Positions 49,906 to 59,559 of a DNA stretch of 64,000 bases are shown here, in pieces. Origin of the DNA: an uncultured Gemmatimonadales bacterium. Its GTDB lineage: Bacteria > Gemmatimonadota > Gemmatimonadetes > Longimicrobiales > Longimicrobiaceae. The DNA is taken from positions 4,288,001-4,352,000 of the forward strand of contig OY970303.1 in the NCBI GenBank assembly GCA_963716255.1, given 5' to 3'. Made by a program: the position numbers and the translations under genes. The first letter of the stretch is position 1. Each line of letters begins with the position of its first letter. The notes under the pieces were generated by a model. The model was not told the DNA's origin. It saw only the letters and a list, made by a program, of their open reading frames with translations, and did no database searches.

Positions 49906-50523
49906 CTACCGCGGTGCGCGGGACTGCGTGTCTCCCGGGTCTCCCGTTCCTTCCGTGGATCCTGTGGATCCTGTGGATCCTGTGGATCCTGTGGATCCTG
50001 TGGATCCCGTGGATCCTGTGGATCCCGTGGATCCCGTGGATCCCGTGGATCCCCCGGATCCCGTGGATCCCCCGGACGATTCCTCCGGCGGCTTCACGAA
50101 AACCTTCGTGGTTCCGGTCTCCGTATTGTAGATGATGTGGATCAGGACGCCGTTGTCGAGCCGTATCTCGATGTGCCCGTACACGACCCCGTCGATGGTG
50201 TCCGAGTAGGCCTTGTAGTCCGCGGTGGAGTCCGTGAGCGTGGCTGCGCCGGACCCCCTCGGGTAGTACGAGACGGCGATGGTGTCGCCCGTGACCGGGT
50301 CGATGGTCAGCGTGGGCGCGCGGCTGGTCGTGTCGAAGAACACCAGCTCCGTCGTGTCCGCCAGGTCGTCGAGCGATCCTTCCAGGAACACCTCGTCCGC
50401 GCTCCACGAAGCCGCCGTGCTCGCGGCCTCCACGGCCATGGGCGATTCGCACGCGGCCGTGCCCGCCACGAGGGCCACGGCGGCAAAGTACCCCAGCCAT
50501 CTCCGTACCGGTCTCGCGATCAT
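49906..50523 (-). CDS. Hypothetical lipoprotein with a (TGS)n tail
   Basis: Lipobox TAAC; RBS GGGAGG. Confidence 0.75.
   Translation of the reverse strand: MIARPVRRWLGYFAAVALVAGTAACESPMAVEAASTAASWSADEVFLEGSLDDLADTTELVFFDTTSRAPTLTIDPVTGDTIAVSYYPRGSGAATLTDSTADYKAYSDTIDGVVYGHIEIRLDNGVLIHIIYNTETGTTKVFVKPPEESSGGSTGSGGSTGSTGSTGSTGSTGSTGSTGSTGSTGSTGSTEGTGDPGDTQSRAPR
49955..50071. repeat. 9-bp tandem repeat, 13 units (GTGGATCCY)
   Basis: Directly visible; encodes Thr-Gly-Ser on the minus strand. Confidence 0.95.
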
Positions 50524-50672
50524 GTGAGCCTCCCTGTCAGGTGAGTGAGCGAGCCCCTTCGCACAATAAGCGTCTGGGTGTGTAACGTGTCAATTCTTAT
50601 GATGTGCTCCTTCTCCACGCGGCCGGCCGAGGGTCGCAGGCGGACGGCTCCACTACCCAGCTTCCATTTCCC

Positions 50673-50729
50673 TTGACAGCCAGGCCGCCGCCGAGTATTG
50701 GTGTAAACGTTTTCATGTAACCGTTTCCA
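50673..50729 (+). promoter_or_regulatory. Promoter with tandem LacI-type operators
   Basis: TTGACA-17-TATTGG, then TGTAAACGTTTTCA and TGTAACCGTTTCCA. Confidence 0.75.
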
Positions 50730-50758
50730 TCCGGGTCCATCCCAGCGGTGGAGGGTCG

Positions 50759-51832
50759 GTGGCCAGCATCACCATCCGGGACGTGGCGGCGCGGGCGGGC
50801 GTGTCCATCGCCACGGTTTCGCGCGTGCTCAACGCGAGCGGGCCTGTCCGCGAGGAAACGCGGGCGCGGGTGGAGCAGGTCGCCGCCGAGCTGAACTTCA
50901 CCCCGCACGGCGCGGCCCGCAGCCTCATCACCCGCCGCACCGACACCTTCGGCGTGGTGCTCCCCGACCTCTTCGGCGAGTTCTTTTCGGAAGTGATCCG
51001 CGGCATGGACCCCCTCGCCCGCGGCAACGGCTACCACCTCCTCCTTTCCAGCTCCCACGACAATCGGCGCGAGATCGAGTTCGCCCTCCAGGCCATGCGC
51101 GGCCGGGTGGACGGGCTGATCGTCATGTCCCCCAACGTCAGCGCGCGCGCGCTGGAGTCGTGCCTGCCGGGGGACGTCCCCGTGGTGCTTCTCAACTGCG
51201 AGGCGGCGGGCGGCCGGTGGGCCGCCATCAACGTGGACAACTTCGGCGGAGCGCGCGCCATGGTGCTCCACCTGGCGGGGCTGGGGCACCGGCGCATCGC
51301 CATGGTGGGCGGCTCGGCCGGAAACTTCGACGCGCGCGAGCGGCAGCGCGGCTACCTGGCCGCCCTTGCCGAGGCCGGGCTCCCCGCGGACCCCGCGCTG
51401 GAGGCGGCCGGCGACTTCACCGAGCGGGGCGGCTTCCGGGCGGCGGAGGCGCTGGCGCGCCTGGACACGCCCCCCACGGCCCTGTTCTGCGCCAACGACT
51501 CCATGGCGGTGGGCGCCATGAGCGCCCTCCGCGCGGCGGGGCTGCGCGTCCCCGCCGACGTGGCGGTGGCCGGCTTCGACGACATCCCCATCGCCCGCTA
51601 CATCGACCCGGCCCTTTCTTCCGTGCACGTGGACGTCCACCGGCTGGGCGCCCTCGCGGTCGGAATGCTCTGCGAAACCCTGGGAAAGGAGACTCCGCAC
51701 CCCCCTGTCCACGAGATGCTTCCGACACGGCTCGTCATCCGCCGCTCCTGCGGCGCCACCGGCCCCGGGGACGAGACCGCGCATCGACACCCTGACGAGA
51801 GCGGGGCCGGCCACGCCAGGAGCTCACCATGA
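50759..51832 (+). CDS. LacI family transcriptional regulator
   Basis: TIRDVAARAGVSIATVSRVLN; GFDD. Confidence 0.96.
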   Translation: MASITIRDVAARAGVSIATVSRVLNASGPVREETRARVEQVAAELNFTPHGAARSLITRRTDTFGVVLPDLFGEFFSEVIRGMDPLARGNGYHLLLSSSHDNRREIEFALQAMRGRVDGLIVMSPNVSARALESCLPGDVPVVLLNCEAAGGRWAAINVDNFGGARAMVLHLAGLGHRRIAMVGGSAGNFDARERQRGYLAALAEAGLPADPALEAAGDFTERGGFRAAEALARLDTPPTALFCANDSMAVGAMSALRAAGLRVPADVAVAGFDDIPIARYIDPALSSVHVDVHRLGALAVGMLCETLGKETPHPPVHEMLPTRLVIRRSCGATGPGDETAHRHPDESGAGHARSSP

Positions 51833-54783
51833 AAGGCAATCCCGTGAAAGCACTAGCGGCGCTGCTGCTGTGGGCGTGCCTGCTCGTCCCGGGGATCGGG
51901 GCGGCGCAGACCACCACGGCGAGCATCCGGGGGACCGTGAGGGCGGAGGGCGGCGCGCCCGCCCCCGCGGCCAGCATCACCGCGGTCAACACCGAGACCG
52001 GGGGGCGACGTACCGCTGTCTCGGCGGACAATGGAGCGTACACGCTCCTCGGGCTGGCGCCCGGCACCTATTCCATCTCCGTCACGGGGATGGGCCAGTC
52101 GGCGCAGACGCGCACGCTGCAGGTGCTGGTGGGCCAGGCCCTCACGGCCGACTTCCAGCTCGCCTCGCAGGCGCTGGCGCTGGAGGGGCTGACGGTGGTG
52201 GGGAACCGTGGCGTGGAGACCCGGACGTCCGAGGTCGCCACCAACATCAGCCGCGAGCAGCTGCAGAACCTCCCCAACTTCGAGCGCAACTTCCTGGACA
52301 TCGCGCGCCTGGCGCCGGGGATCACGGCGACCAACCCCAACAGCACCGACAAGACCATCTCGGCGGGCGGCCAGCCGGCGGAGGCGGTCAACGTCTTCAT
52401 CGACGGGGCGACGTACAAGAACGACGTGCTGCGCGGCGGCGTGGTGGGGCAGGACGCCAGCAAGGGGAACCCGTTCCCGCAGAGCGCGGTGCGCGAGTTC
52501 CGCGTGGCGACGCAGAACTTCCGGGCGGAGTACCAGCGCGCCGGCAGCGCCATCATCACCGCCACCACGCGCAGCGGGACCAACGAGTGGGAGGGCGACG
52601 CGTTCGCCTTCGGGGTCAACGACTCGTGGGTGGCGCGCGACGCGTTCACGCGCGACCGGGGCGGGACCGCGCCGGAGTACAGCCGGCTGCAGGCCGGGGC
52701 GAGCCTGGGCGGGCCCGTCGTGCGCGACCGGGTGTTCGTGTTCGGCACCTACGAGCTGAACTCGCGCGACGAGCCGGCCTACGTCCGCCTGGGCGGGGAC
52801 AGCCTGCGGGCGCCCGGGGCGCTGCTGGGCGAGCTCCGCCAGCAGGCCGGCCAGTTCACGCAGGAGTTCCGCCAGCACCTGGGCTTCGGCAAGGTGACGT
52901 GGAACGCGACCGAGCGGAGCACCGTGGACGTGGGCCTCACCCTGCGCAGGGACGAGGACTTCCGCGGCTTCGGCGGGACCACGTCGTTCGAGGCGTCGGA
53001 GAACATGAAGGTGGACGTGCTCGCCGGGACGGGGAACTGGCGCTGGTCCGCCGGCGACTGGCTCAACGAGGCGCAGGTGAGCGCGCAGTCCTTCACCTGG
53101 AACCCCAGCTGGACCAACGGGAACCTGATCGGGCGCGAGTACGTGGACATCCTGCGGGTGGGCGGCAAGGACAGCCAGCAGGACTTCTCGCAGCGGCGCC
53201 TGTCGCTGCGCAACGACGTGACGCGCGCCGGGGTGCAGATGGGCGGGGACCACCTGTTCAAGGGCGGCTTCAACGTCGACTTCCTGGGCTACGAGGCGGG
53301 CAAGCTCTTCAACGCCAACCCGCTCTTCCGCTTCCGCGCGGCGGAGGGCTACGCGCGCCCCTTCGAGGCCCGCTTCGGCTTCGGCGACCAGACGATCGAG
53401 ACCGACAACCTCCAGTTCGGCGGCTACGTGCAGGACGACTGGTCCGTCGGCGAGCGGCTGGTGCTCAACCTCGGCATCCGCTGGGACGCCGAGACCAACA
53501 TGATCAACAACGACTACGTGACGCCGGGCGCGCTGGCGGACTCGCTGGGCGGGGCGCTGGCGGGGCAGCTGTACGTGGACCAGCCGCTGGCGGGCGGCGG
53601 CGTGCAGCGGGTGCGCGTGGTGGACCAGCTGGGCGGGCTGCAGCGCTTCGTCAGCACCGGCGACAACCGGCCCATGTTCAAGAAGGCGTTCCAGCCGCGC
53701 GTGGGCGCGTCGTTCGACGTCTTCGGCACCGGGCGGACGACCCTCTTCGGCGGGTACGGCCTGTACTACGACCGCACCTACTGGAACACGCTGCTGGACG
53801 AGCAGTTCAGGCGGCAGTTCAGCGTGCTGACGGTGCAGTTCCGCGGCAGCGCGGCGGAGTGCGCGGCCACGGACGCGCCCAGCGCCTGCGCGGTGTGGAA
53901 CGACCGCTTCTACGACCCGGCGCAGCTGCGCACGCTGGCGGGCACCACCGGCCGTCCCGAGGTGTTCATGGTGGCCAACGACCTGAAGCCGCCGAGCACG
54001 CAGCAGTTCAGCGGCGGCGTGCGCCAGGAGCTGGGCGGGGCGCTGGTGACGCTGTCGTACAACGGGGTGCGCGGCCGCAACTACACCAACTTCGTGCGGG
54101 CCAGCCCGTGGGGCGGGCTGGGGCCCAACTACGCGCAGCTCTTCGTCACCGACGACCGGGTGAAGACCTGGTACGACGCCATGCAGCTGCAGCTGGAGCG
54201 GCCGCTGGGCGCGGGGAGCAACTGGGGCGGCTCGCTGGCCTACACGCTGTCGCGCTCCGAGGAGCAGGGGCAGAGCACCGACCTGTTCTGGGGCTTCGAC
54301 GAGCGCTACCCCACGGTGGGCGACCGGCCGCGGCTGCGCGCCCCGGGCGACCAGCGCCACAACGTGGTCGCCAACGCCATCGTCCTGCTGCCGTGGGACA
54401 TGCGCTTCAGCACCATCGCCAGCTTCGGCTCGGGGATACTGGTGAACGCCACGGACGCCAGCCAGGGGTGGGAGCTCACGCGGCAGCGCACCTACACCTT
54501 CCAGCCGCCGGCGCGGCCGTTCCTGGGGATCGGGCACGTGTTCGCCACCAACGTGGTGGACCTGCGCGCGGAAAAGGGCGTGTCGCTGGCCCGCGGGCAG
54601 CGCCTGGGGGTGGTGGTGGACGTGTTCAACGCCTTCAACAACGCCAACTACGCGTGCTGGAGCGACAACGCGACCATCGTCCCCACGGCGGACCAGAACG
54701 CGGACTGGCGGTCGCGCTACGGGACCCCCAACTGCGCGGGGCTGGGGCGCCGCCTGCAGCTGGGCGCGCGCTACGGCTTCTGA
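51829..54783 (+). CDS. TonB-dependent outer membrane receptor (Oar-like)
   Basis: Signal peptide; TRSGTNE; YVQDDW; C-terminal ARYGF. Confidence 0.92.
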   Translation: MKGNPVKALAALLLWACLLVPGIGAAQTTTASIRGTVRAEGGAPAPAASITAVNTETGGRRTAVSADNGAYTLLGLAPGTYSISVTGMGQSAQTRTLQVLVGQALTADFQLASQALALEGLTVVGNRGVETRTSEVATNISREQLQNLPNFERNFLDIARLAPGITATNPNSTDKTISAGGQPAEAVNVFIDGATYKNDVLRGGVVGQDASKGNPFPQSAVREFRVATQNFRAEYQRAGSAIITATTRSGTNEWEGDAFAFGVNDSWVARDAFTRDRGGTAPEYSRLQAGASLGGPVVRDRVFVFGTYELNSRDEPAYVRLGGDSLRAPGALLGELRQQAGQFTQEFRQHLGFGKVTWNATERSTVDVGLTLRRDEDFRGFGGTTSFEASENMKVDVLAGTGNWRWSAGDWLNEAQVSAQSFTWNPSWTNGNLIGREYVDILRVGGKDSQQDFSQRRLSLRNDVTRAGVQMGGDHLFKGGFNVDFLGYEAGKLFNANPLFRFRAAEGYARPFEARFGFGDQTIETDNLQFGGYVQDDWSVGERLVLNLGIRWDAETNMINNDYVTPGALADSLGGALAGQLYVDQPLAGGGVQRVRVVDQLGGLQRFVSTGDNRPMFKKAFQPRVGASFDVFGTGRTTLFGGYGLYYDRTYWNTLLDEQFRRQFSVLTVQFRGSAAECAATDAPSACAVWNDRFYDPAQLRTLAGTTGRPEVFMVANDLKPPSTQQFSGGVRQELGGALVTLSYNGVRGRNYTNFVRASPWGGLGPNYAQLFVTDDRVKTWYDAMQLQLERPLGAGSNWGGSLAYTLSRSEEQGQSTDLFWGFDERYPTVGDRPRLRAPGDQRHNVVANAIVLLPWDMRFSTIASFGSGILVNATDASQGWELTRQRTYTFQPPARPFLGIGHVFATNVVDLRAEKGVSLARGQRLGVVVDVFNAFNNANYACWSDNATIVPTADQNADWRSRYGTPNCAGLGRRLQLGARYGF

Positions 54784-54856
54784 CCGGACGGACGTGACCT
54801 CCCCGGCGGGCGTCGCAGCCCGCCGGGGACTTCTTCTCCCCCGCTCCAGCCGGACC

Positions 54857-56299
54857 ATGCGAATCGTCCCGCTCGCGCTTCTCTCCGCCGCGCTCCTGGC
54901 TTCCGGGTGCGCCGTCCCCGCGGCTCCGCCCGCCGCGCCGGTCCCGGCGGCGGACGCGCGCGGCGGGGCGTTCCTGGACACCCTCCAGGAGCGCACCTTC
55001 CGCTACTTCTGGGAGACGGCGAACCCGGCCAACGGCCTGGTGCCGGACCGCTGGCCCTCGCCGTCGTTCAGCAGCGTGGCGGCGGTGGGCTTCGGGCTCA
55101 CGGCCTACCCGGTGGGGGTGGAGCGGGGGTGGATCACCCGCGAGCAGGCGGCGGAGCGCACGCTGGCGACGCTGCGCTTCTTCTGGACGGCGCCGCAGGG
55201 GGCGGACTCGGCGGGGATGACGGGGCACCGGGGGTTCTTCTACCACTTCCTGGACATGCGGACGGGGCGCCGGTTCGAGAACGTGGAGCTTTCCACCATC
55301 GACACCGGGCTCTTCCTGATGGGGGCGCTGGCGGCGGGGGAGTACTTCGACCGCGCCACGCCGCCGGAGCGGGAGATCCGCGCGCTGGCCGACTCGCTGT
55401 ACCGCCGGGTGGACTGGGCGTGGATGCAGCTCCCGGACGGCATCGTGAGCATGGGATGGAAGCCGCGGGAGGGCCGGTTCGACTTCGGCTACAAGGGGTA
55501 CAACGAGGCCATGCTGCTGTACGTGCTGGCGCTGGGCTCGCCCACGCACCCCGTGGACGCGCGGGCGTGGCCGGCGTTCACGGGCACGTACACGTGGGGA
55601 AGCTTCCACGGCCAGGAGCACGTCAACTTCGCCCCGCTCTTCGGGCACCAGTACTCGCACGCGTGGATCGACTTCCGCGGCATCCGCGACGCGTACATGC
55701 GCGGGCGGGGGATGGACTACTTCGAGAACTCGCGGCGCGCCACGCTGGCGCAGCGGGCGTATGCCGTGGCAAACCCCGGCGGGTGGAAGGGCTACGGCGC
55801 CGACCTGTGGGGGCTCACGGCGAGCGACGGGCCCATGGACACCACGCTGGTGATCGGCGGGCGGCCGCGGACCTTCCACACGTACTGGGCGCGCGGCGCG
55901 GCGCTGGACGAGGTCAACGACGACGGGACGCTGGTCCCCACGGCGGCGGGCGGCTCCATCCCCTTCGCGCCGGAGGCCGCCATCCCCGCGCTGCTGGAGA
56001 TGCGCCGCCGCTACGGCGACCACCTCTTCCAGAAGTACGGCTTCCTGGACGCCTTCAACCCCACGCTGGACTTCCAGCCGCCCAGGCGGCTCCAGCACGG
56101 CCGGGTGGTGCCCGGCGTGGGCTGGTTCGACGGCGACTACCTGGGGATCGACCAGGGGCCCATCGTGCTGATGATCGAGAACCACCGCACGGGGATGGTG
56201 TGGGAGCTGATGCGCGGCAGCGAGCCCGTGGTGCGCGGCCTGTGCCGCGCGGGCTTCGCCGGGGGATGGCTGGAGGGGCGGTGCGCGGCCGCGAACTGA
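54857..56299 (+). CDS. GH144-like endo-beta-1,2-glucanase lipoprotein
   Basis: Lipobox ASGC; GFFYHF; ELSTIDT; YNEAM; PLFGHQY; WGLTAS; GIDQGP. Confidence 0.85.
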   Translation: MRIVPLALLSAALLASGCAVPAAPPAAPVPAADARGGAFLDTLQERTFRYFWETANPANGLVPDRWPSPSFSSVAAVGFGLTAYPVGVERGWITREQAAERTLATLRFFWTAPQGADSAGMTGHRGFFYHFLDMRTGRRFENVELSTIDTGLFLMGALAAGEYFDRATPPEREIRALADSLYRRVDWAWMQLPDGIVSMGWKPREGRFDFGYKGYNEAMLLYVLALGSPTHPVDARAWPAFTGTYTWGSFHGQEHVNFAPLFGHQYSHAWIDFRGIRDAYMRGRGMDYFENSRRATLAQRAYAVANPGGWKGYGADLWGLTASDGPMDTTLVIGGRPRTFHTYWARGAALDEVNDDGTLVPTAAGGSIPFAPEAAIPALLEMRRRYGDHLFQKYGFLDAFNPTLDFQPPRRLQHGRVVPGVGWFDGDYLGIDQGPIVLMIENHRTGMVWELMRGSEPVVRGLCRAGFAGGWLEGRCAAAN

Positions 56300-56360
56300 G
56301 CCGGGCCGCGCCGGCCGCGGCGGCGCTGCCGCCGGCGGCGTGCGCCGCGGCCCTGCCGCC

Positions 56361-56488
56361 GCGTGAGGGATTCCGGCCCGAAGGGGCGAGACCCGCGGGC
56401 AGTTTCGCGGGGCTCGACTCCGTTAGCGAGCGTTGTTTGCTCGCTTACGGAGCCGAAGCCCGACCCCGGCGCAGCCGGGGGCACGCCC
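56361..56488 (-). repeat. Family A element overlapping the 5' end of the ABC binding-protein gene
   Basis: Full copy with a 1-nt deletion in the first hairpin loop. Confidence 0.92.
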
Positions 56489-57789
56489 GAACCCTCGGCC
56501 CGCTGCTCCTGCTGTTGCTGTCGTCGTTGCTCGGTGCCTGCCGAAGCGAATCGGACAAAGACGTGGTGACGCTGCGCTTCTGGGGCATGGGGCGCGAGGG
56601 CGAGGTCGTGGAGCAGCTGGTGCCGGAGTTCGAGCGGCGCAACCCCGGGATCCGCGTGACCGTGCAGCAGATCCCCTGGACGGCGGCCCACGAGAAGCTG
56701 CTGACGGCCGTGGTGGGCGACGCGGTGCCGGACGTGGCGCAGCTGGGCAACACCTGGGTGCCGGAGTTCCAGGCGCTCGGGGCGCTCGAAGACCTCGGTC
56801 CGCGGGTGCGGAGTTCGCGGGTGGTGGACCCGGGCGACTACTTCCCCGGCATCTGGGACACCAACGTGGTGGACGGGCGGCTGTACGGGATCCCCTGGTA
56901 CGTGGACACGCGCGTCCTCTTCTACCGGCCGGACCTGCTGGCCGCCGCCGGGTACCCGGAGCCGCCCACCACCTGGGCGCAGTGGCGCGACGCCATGCGG
57001 CGGATGAAGGCGCGCATGGGCCCCGGCGGCCACCCCATCCTCCTCCCCACCAACGAGTGGCCGCAGCCGGTGATCCTGGGGATGCAGACCGGGGCCGACC
57101 TGCTGCGCGACGGGGGGCGCCGCGGCAACTTCCGCGACCCGGAGTTCCGGCGCGGCTTCGAGTTCTACGTGAGCCTGTTCCGCGAGGGGCTGGCCCCGCG
57201 GGTGAGCAGCACCGAGGTGTCCAACCGCTACCAGGAGTTCGCGCGCGGCAACATCGGCATGGTGATCACGGGGCCCTGGGAGATCGGCGAGTTCCGCGAC
57301 CGCATCCCCGCCGGGGTTCCCTGGGCGACGGCGCCGCTCCCCGGTCCGGACGGCCCCGGCACCTCCACCGCGGGCGGCTCCAGCCTGGTGCTCTTCCGCG
57401 GCTCGGAGCGGCGGGACGCGGCGTGGAAGCTGGTGGAGTTCCTGTCCGCGCCGGAGCAGCAGGTGAGGTTCTCGGAGCTCACCGGCGACCTCCCCGCCCG
57501 CCGCGGCGCCTGGACGAGCCCGAAGCTCACGGGCGACCCGCACGTGCGCGCCTTCCGCGAGCAGCTGGAGCGGGTGCGGCCGCTCCCCAAGGTGCCGGAG
57601 GTGGAGCAGATCGTGACCAGGGTGTTCGAGCAGGGGGAGCGCGCCGTGCGCGGCCAGGCCACGGTGGACCAGGCGCTCGCCGCGCTGGACGGCGAGGTGG
57701 ACCGGCTGCTGGAGAAGCGCCGCTGGATGCTGGACCGCCGCGAGCGGGAGCGCCGCGCCGCCGGAGGGGCCGATGGCGGGCATCGCTGA
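56437..57789 (+). CDS. Sugar ABC transporter substrate-binding lipoprotein (start uncertain: TTG 56437 or CTG 56296)
   Basis: Lipobox LGAC; QQIPWTAAHEKL; GIPWYVDTR; GGSSL. Confidence 0.9.
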   Translation: MLAYGAEARPRRSRGHARTLGPLLLLLLSSLLGACRSESDKDVVTLRFWGMGREGEVVEQLVPEFERRNPGIRVTVQQIPWTAAHEKLLTAVVGDAVPDVAQLGNTWVPEFQALGALEDLGPRVRSSRVVDPGDYFPGIWDTNVVDGRLYGIPWYVDTRVLFYRPDLLAAAGYPEPPTTWAQWRDAMRRMKARMGPGGHPILLPTNEWPQPVILGMQTGADLLRDGGRRGNFRDPEFRRGFEFYVSLFREGLAPRVSSTEVSNRYQEFARGNIGMVITGPWEIGEFRDRIPAGVPWATAPLPGPDGPGTSTAGGSSLVLFRGSERRDAAWKLVEFLSAPEQQVRFSELTGDLPARRGAWTSPKLTGDPHVRAFREQLERVRPLPKVPEVEQIVTRVFEQGERAVRGQATVDQALAALDGEVDRLLEKRRWMLDRRERERRAAGGADGGHR

Positions 57790-58741
57790 CACCGGGACCT
57801 CGGAGGTGGCGGCCGGGGGGGCCGCGGGCGCCGCCGCGCCGCGCCGGGGCAGGCTGCGCCCGCCGGGGGAGGACAACCGGGCGGCCTGGGTGTTCCTGGC
57901 GCCGGCGCTGGCGCTCATCGGGGTGTTCTTCTTTCTCCCGGTGGTGGCGGCGCTGGCGCTCAGCTTCACCGACTTCGACATCTACGCCATCGGCGACGTG
58001 GGCAACGCGCGCTTCGTGGGCCTGCGCAACTACGCCCAGCTGCTGGACACGCCGCTCTTCTGGCAGGCGCTGCGCAACACCTTCTACTTCGCGCTGGTGG
58101 GCGGGCCGCTCTCCATCGCCGCGTCGCTGGCGGCGGCGCTGCTGCTGAACGCGAAGACGGTGCGCTTCAAGGGCTTCTTCCGCACCGTCTACTTCGCCCC
58201 GTTCGTCACCACGCTGGTCGCCGTCGCCATCGTCTGGCGCTACCTGTACCACACCCGCTACGGGCTGCTCAACTACGCGCTGGGGTGGGCGGGCGTCGCG
58301 CCGGTGGACTGGCTGGGCGACCCGCGCTGGGCCATGCCCGCCATCATCCTCATGGCCGTGTGGAAGAACTTCGGCTACAACATGCTCATCTTCATCGCCG
58401 GGCTGCAGGCGATCCCGGAGGAATTGTACGAGGCCGCGCGCATCGACGGGGCGACGGCCCTCCAGCGCTTCCGCCACGTCACCATCCCGCAGCTGGGGCC
58501 CACGCTGCTGTTCGTGGGCGTCATCACCATGATCGGCTACTTCCAGCTCTTCGTGGAGCCGTACGTGATGACGCAGGGCGGCCCGCTGCGCTCCACCACC
58601 AGCGTGGTGCTGCTGATGTACGAGGAGGGGTTCCGCTGGTGGCGCATGGGCTTCGCGGCGGCGGTGGCCTTCGTGCTGTTCGTGATCATCCTGGCGGCCA
58701 CGCTGGTGCAGCTCCGCCTTCAGCGCGGCGAGGAGCGGTGA
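57773..58741 (+). CDS. Sugar ABC transporter permease
   Basis: FVGLRNY; EAARIDGA. Confidence 0.95.
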   Translation: MAGIADTGTSEVAAGGAAGAAAPRRGRLRPPGEDNRAAWVFLAPALALIGVFFFLPVVAALALSFTDFDIYAIGDVGNARFVGLRNYAQLLDTPLFWQALRNTFYFALVGGPLSIAASLAAALLLNAKTVRFKGFFRTVYFAPFVTTLVAVAIVWRYLYHTRYGLLNYALGWAGVAPVDWLGDPRWAMPAIILMAVWKNFGYNMLIFIAGLQAIPEELYEAARIDGATALQRFRHVTIPQLGPTLLFVGVITMIGYFQLFVEPYVMTQGGPLRSTTSVVLLMYEEGFRWWRMGFAAAVAFVLFVIILAATLVQLRLQRGEER

Positions 58742-59559
58742 GCGGGCGCGCCGCGCGGGCGCTGCTGTACGCGCAGCTCGTGGTGGGGGCGCTGCTGGCG
58801 CTGCTCCCCATGGTGTGGATGGTGTCCGCGTCGCTGATGCCCGCGGGGGAGGCGAGCACCTTTCCGCCGCGGCTCTTCCCGCGGACGGTCACCTTCGAGC
58901 ACTACGTGGCCCTGTTCACCCGGCTCAGCCTGGGGCGCTACTTCGTCAACAGCGGCGTCATCGCGGCCACGGTCACGGTCCTGTCGCTGCTGGTCAACTC
59001 CATGGCCGGGTACGCCTTCGCCAAGCTGCGCTTCCGCGGGCGCGACCGCCTCTTCCGGGTGATGGCGGCGGGGCTGGTGGTGCCGGTGCAGGTGTCCATG
59101 CTCCCGCTCTTCCTGCTGATGAAGCAGCTGGGGCTCATCAACACCTACGCCGGGGTGATCATCCCCTCGCTGGCGAGCATCTTCGGGATCTTCCTGGTGC
59201 GGCAGTACGCCGTGTCCATTCCGGACGACCTGCTGGACGCCGCGCGCATCGACGGGGCGGGGGAGCTGCGTATCTACCGCTCCATCGTGCTCCCCACCAT
59301 CGTGCCCATCCTGGCGACGCTGGCAATCTGGACGTTCCTGAGCACCTGGAACGACTTCATGTGGCCGCTGATCGTGCTCAGCGACGAGAGCCGCTACACG
59401 CTGCCGGTGGCGCTCGCCAACCTGTCCGGCGAGCACGTGCAGGACACGGAGCTGATGATGGCGGGATCGGTGCTCACCATTCTCCCGGTGATGCTGGTTT
59501 TTCTTTTCCTCCAGCGCTACTACGTGCAGGGGGTGATGGTGGGGAGCGTCAAGGGATGA
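58738..59559 (+). CDS. Sugar ABC transporter permease
   Basis: DAARIDGA; WNDFMWPL; GSVKG. Confidence 0.95.
   Translation: MSGRAARALLYAQLVVGALLALLPMVWMVSASLMPAGEASTFPPRLFPRTVTFEHYVALFTRLSLGRYFVNSGVIAATVTVLSLLVNSMAGYAFAKLRFRGRDRLFRVMAAGLVVPVQVSMLPLFLLMKQLGLINTYAGVIIPSLASIFGIFLVRQYAVSIPDDLLDAARIDGAGELRIYRSIVLPTIVPILATLAIWTFLSTWNDFMWPLIVLSDESRYTLPVALANLSGEHVQDTELMMAGSVLTILPVMLVFLFLQRYYVQGVMVGSVKG

Noticed and set aside
49836..50544. (WIL/WIP)n, (GSC)n and (IHG/IHR)n repeat peptides
   Set aside because: Alternative frames of the 9-bp repeat; the minus-strand lipoprotein has the RBS and signal peptide
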